A DNA stretch of 63,762 bases, counting the filler, from Folioceros fuciformis (taxonomy: Eukaryota): the NCBI GenBank assembly GCA_049999805.1. It is 19 parts of 19 records of this genome, joined end to end, with 100 filler letters (N's around TTAATTAATTAA, not from the genome) between each part and the next. Parts side by side here need not be neighbours in the genome. Positions count along the whole stretch, not along the records: positions 59,995 to 62,460 come from JBNGIO010003923.1; positions 62,561 to 63,762 come from JBNGIO010003971.1; 17 more parts are not named here. One strand, written 5' to 3'. Shown here one piece after another: positions 59,995 through 63,762 of the stretch. A program made the translations under genes and the position numbers. The notes beneath the pieces were generated by a model. It was given only the letters and a program-made list of their open reading frames with translations. It ran no database searches and was not told the origin of the DNA. Each line of letters starts with the position of its first letter. The first letter of the stretch is position 1.

Positions 59995-62460
59995 ATGGCG
60001 GTAAAAGGGTGGGGCGCTTTGACTGACCAAGTGGGTAGCCGCGAGAGAATCTTTGGGGGCCATTAAGCGAGCATCATAATGAGGTTTGTCCGCGCGAGGA
60101 CAGACCAAAACACGGTTTATCATCTCGTAGTTGGTGAGGCCGCCTCTCCTCTTCCCCAGCGCAGCCCAATGCTGGCTTCTGTGTGCATGCCTGCATCCGG
60201 GGGGCCGGAGAGCCTTCATTCCTGGTGGGTGTTGGGTGCTGGGTGATGAGTGCTGCCTGTTGGCTGTGTGGCGCGTGCAGGGTGCTGCGTTCTGCCTGCT
60301 GTCCGCTGCCTCCTTGGTATTGCATCGAGAACGCCACCACAGATGCTTTGTAATAAGGCTAAGGCTGGCTGTATACAACCCGCAGAATGGAATAGAAAAG
60401 GATTGAGGAGTGGCGGATTCCATTCCACGAAAATTGAATGCTGGGCTTAACCGACTGACTGCGTGACTACTCATGGCACTTGCGGAGTGTAGTCGGGATT
60501 CCGAATGCAATGTTGTGAAATGGCGGTGCAAATCGGTTATGGAGTGTGGCTACGGAGATGAGGCCAAGCCCGCCGGTGACAAACAAATCCCACAATGAAA
60601 GTGGACGGGAATCGCAGATGGATGGACGGGAGGATGTGGTTGTAGCTTTGGTAGCTGTTTACGCATCCACAGTGCAGTGCTGTGCTGTGCCATGCATTGC
60701 ATAGACAGCTAGGTCTAGACATGGTGGTGGCACAGGATTGTACTTATATGTACATATTGTATTGTAGGCTGCGTGAAATGCCAGCTCGATGTAGTTTGTC
60801 CGCTTGCAGCTGTACCTGGCCTTACCTTATAGCACGGAACAAGACGGTGCGCTGCGCTGGNNNNNNNNNNNNNNNNNNNNNNNNNNNNNNNNNNNNNNNN
60901 NNNNNNNNNNNNNNNNNNNNNNNNNNNNNNNNNNNNNNNNNNNNNNNNNNNNNNNNNNNNTGAGCCTGGGACTGGGCCTCTGGGCCTGGGCTCGGACCTG
61001 GCCTGCCGCTCCCTCCTCCCTCTTGTTCCGTACTGAGTCGTGGCCTGGCCCGGTCTGGCCTAGCCAGGCGTTGCCAGGCCTGCGGCAGTGGCCACCCCAC
61101 CCACCAGCCAGTCACGGATCCCGTCAGTGACCGGGTCAAGTCATGTCCTGACATAGAGGATATTTGTTGGAGGCCCCATTTTGCTTTTGGAGCCTCTCAC
61201 GGGCCCCACCTCTGTTTCTCTCTCTCTCTCTCTCTTGGCGGGTAGTTTTAGGGCAGTCCCAAAAAGATGAAGACGTATTACAAGTGAGAGGGAGAGAAGG
61301 GAAGGGGAGGGAGGGGAGAGTTGTGTTGAATGTGTGCCGCTGGCCCCCGAACTTGGACTGGCCGTCCTGGTCCCGTATCCCCAAGTTGGCATGCATGGGT
61401 GTTAACCGTTAACGTCAGGGTGGGCGGGGGGCAGGAGCAGGGGCAGGGGAAGGTGGCAAATGGCAGGGACCCGAGGGCCACGGCCCCACACATGACGGAA
61501 CGGGACGGGACAAGAAGACGGGACGGGACGGGACGGATAGGACTGGACTGGACGGGACGGCAGTCCGGGACGGAAGTGAAGGGAGCGGCATAGTGGTGGC
61601 ACCGCCCTCTCCCATCAGCACGTGACGGCCAGCTCTCAGTGCCCTGCCCTGCTCTGCTCTGCCCTGCCTTGCCCACATGAATGATGATGTGCCGCTGCCT
61701 CTGGCCTGTGCAGCCTTCTGCCTCTGCCTCTGCCTCTGCCTCTGCCTCTGGCCTCTGTCCGTCCCTGTCCCCGTCCTCGTCCCTGTCCCTGTCCCCATTA
61801 GTGTCACACATTTGGCATTATTATGCATGTATGTACATATATCGGCAGCAGCTTCCTTCTTTCCCTCTACTTTGTACTTGTACACGTAGCCGGTGTTCAT
61901 ACCAGGAAGTTCCGTAGAAGGAAGGAATGAAGGAATGAAAGCATAGTCCCCATTCCCTTGCCAACCAAGATACACCATGACAATGTGATGCCATGCCATA
62001 TGGGTATGACAAGCACTGTGTCAAGGGAAACAAACGGGGCAGTCGCAGCACCAGTAGCAGTTGCAGCGGCGGCAGCACCAGTAGCAGTAGCAGCAACACA
62101 GCACCAGTAGCAGAAGCGGCAGCAGCAGGAGCAGCAGCAGTAGCTGCCGGTGGCCAATGGAGACCGTGACTGATGAAAGTGCTTGGACTGAAGTGGTCCC
62201 CGCATGCGCCAAACAAGACAGGACAGGGGCGATCATGCTTTTTAGCTGTGTGCTGCAGTGGAGCAGCGGGCAGAGCTCAGAGCGCAGAGCGCAGAGCGCA
62301 GATGGCAGAGACCAGAGACCTCAGTGCAAGTGCAAAGTGCCGGCCCTGGGCTGGCCTCTGCTGGGCTGGCCCTGCTCCTGGGCCCAAGCCTCTGCTGCTC
62401 TTGCTCCTTCTCCTGCTTCTCCTTGCGCTTCCTCCTCCCGTCCTCCCCTCCCTCTCCTCC
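59995..62460. other. GC-rich, microsatellite-dense non-coding scaffold of uncertain (possibly fungal) origin
   Basis: (GGGAC)n, (CTCTGC)n, (CAG)n and (GAAG)n tracts; no recognisable ORF or plant TE family. Confidence 0.4.
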
Positions 62461-63099
62461 NNNNNNNNNNNNNNNNNNNNNNNNNNNNNNNNNNNNNNNN
62501 NNNNTTAATTAATTAANNNNNNNNNNNNNNNNNNNNNNNNNNNNNNNNNNNNNNNNNNNNAGGAACCAGATTCCCAACAAGATGATCACAGACCAGGCAA
62601 GCAGGAGGGCAGCGGTGAGATTACACAGCTCAAGGATAGTGTTTTGGGGTGCCACAGAGCTTTATGTTGGAAGTAGGAGCATGATGCAAGTACTAAGCAA
62701 GGAGCATAGGAGGAGCAGGCACAACTCAAGTCATGTTTGTTTCACTGATAAAATTCTTTTTTTTTTTTTTTGTATCAGATACATGTTTCCAGGGTTTAGT
62801 TACCAATTACTTTTGCTTTATCTTCAATATTATTCTCTCTGATTATTTCAACTAAGAGGGAGTAAAGGAAATTAAAGTAGAAATGCTTNNNNNNNNNNAT
62901 TATTTCAACTAAGAGGGAGTAAAGGAAATTAAAGTAGAAATGCTTATGTTAAATATGTGTTAGTTTCATAATCAGTTATAACCAACTCCAACAGACTTTG
63001 GTACATATGACTCATTATTCATTTCTCATAATAAATGTTTTTTATTTTTCCCAAGCCATCGGCTTCCTCGTGCTCGTGGTTGTATCCCTGGCTTGCTAG

Positions 63100-63762
63100 C
63101 TTCCATCGCGTTAGAAGTGTCACGTTTTGTGAACTTACCTCTCATAGATCAGATCCTTCACATGAAGGACTTGAGGGAGAAATTACCTCTGTTGAACATG
63201 ATGCTTCAGATAATGAGGTAACCATTGACTACACTGATGATGCTCTAGTATCTGCTTCATTTGGTACTGGATTGCCTGCTGTTCAACCACCTTTCCCATA
63301 TGAGTATCCTGATTCGGATGGTGAAGAGGCAGCTTCAGATATTCAAGTTAATGAGGATACTGGTTCTCATCCACCTGTTGGCCCTCATGAAGGCCTTGAC
63401 TCAAACATTATGACTAGAGATGGATCACAGTCTGATAGTTCTGATGGTGGTGAGGATGTTGTATCAGTCCCAATATTCAGTAGGAGCTGATTTTCCTGCT
63501 GAACCTCCTTCTCCACGTTATCCTATTAGAGAATGGAGGCCACGGTCAAAATGGATAGAATTACCATATGTGTCTGTTGATTTTCAAAAATCAGCATATA
63601 CGGCCAACTTATCTGTCCCAGAAGTGAGGCCTGATCCTCAGTCGTACAATAAAGCTCTCAATGGCCCTGATCGTGATCATTGGAAGGCTAGTATAAATGA
63701 AGAGTATAATAGCTTAATAAAGAACAATACATGGGAATTGGTGGACTTACCTCCTGGACGTA
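63100..63762 (+). mobile_element. Ty1/copia integrase-RT linker and RT start
   Basis: 'RSVTFCE', an acidic linker, then 'DPQSYNKALNGPDRDHWKASINEEYNSLIKNNTWELVDLPPGR' in a shifted frame. Confidence 0.88.

Overview
This window is not one locus. It is a concatenation of about 19 short scaffolds joined by an artificial N44-TTAATTAATTAA-N44 spacer, and several segments are duplicated across N gaps (assembly artefacts). Most of it is land-plant DNA, probably from a seed-free plant (inference), and is dominated by decayed, nested Ty3/gypsy and Ty1/copia LTR retrotransposons plus Harbinger and LINE fragments. Host genes: a 2-exon complex III subunit QCR10/UCRY gene that is absent from the ORF track, a 6-exon Golgi SNARE GOS1 gene, and a truncated DREB A-5-like AP2/ERF gene. 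Pseudogenic remnants: haspin-like kinase, PLS-type PPR and trihelix Myb/SANT. The main finding is a Ty3/gypsy pol at 6364-9335 that carries a decayed C5 DNA cytosine methyltransferase domain (motifs I, IV, VI, VIII, IX, X in order) between its aspartic protease and reverse transcriptase. Other findings: a scaffold with no CpA/TpG at all (RIP-like, probably fungal), a conserved unknown retroelement ORF in two diverged copies, a tandem copia with a PPT-LTR-PBS shared LTR, and stems enclosing copia PPT/LTR junctions. All calls come from manual translation and motif recall; no database searches were run.
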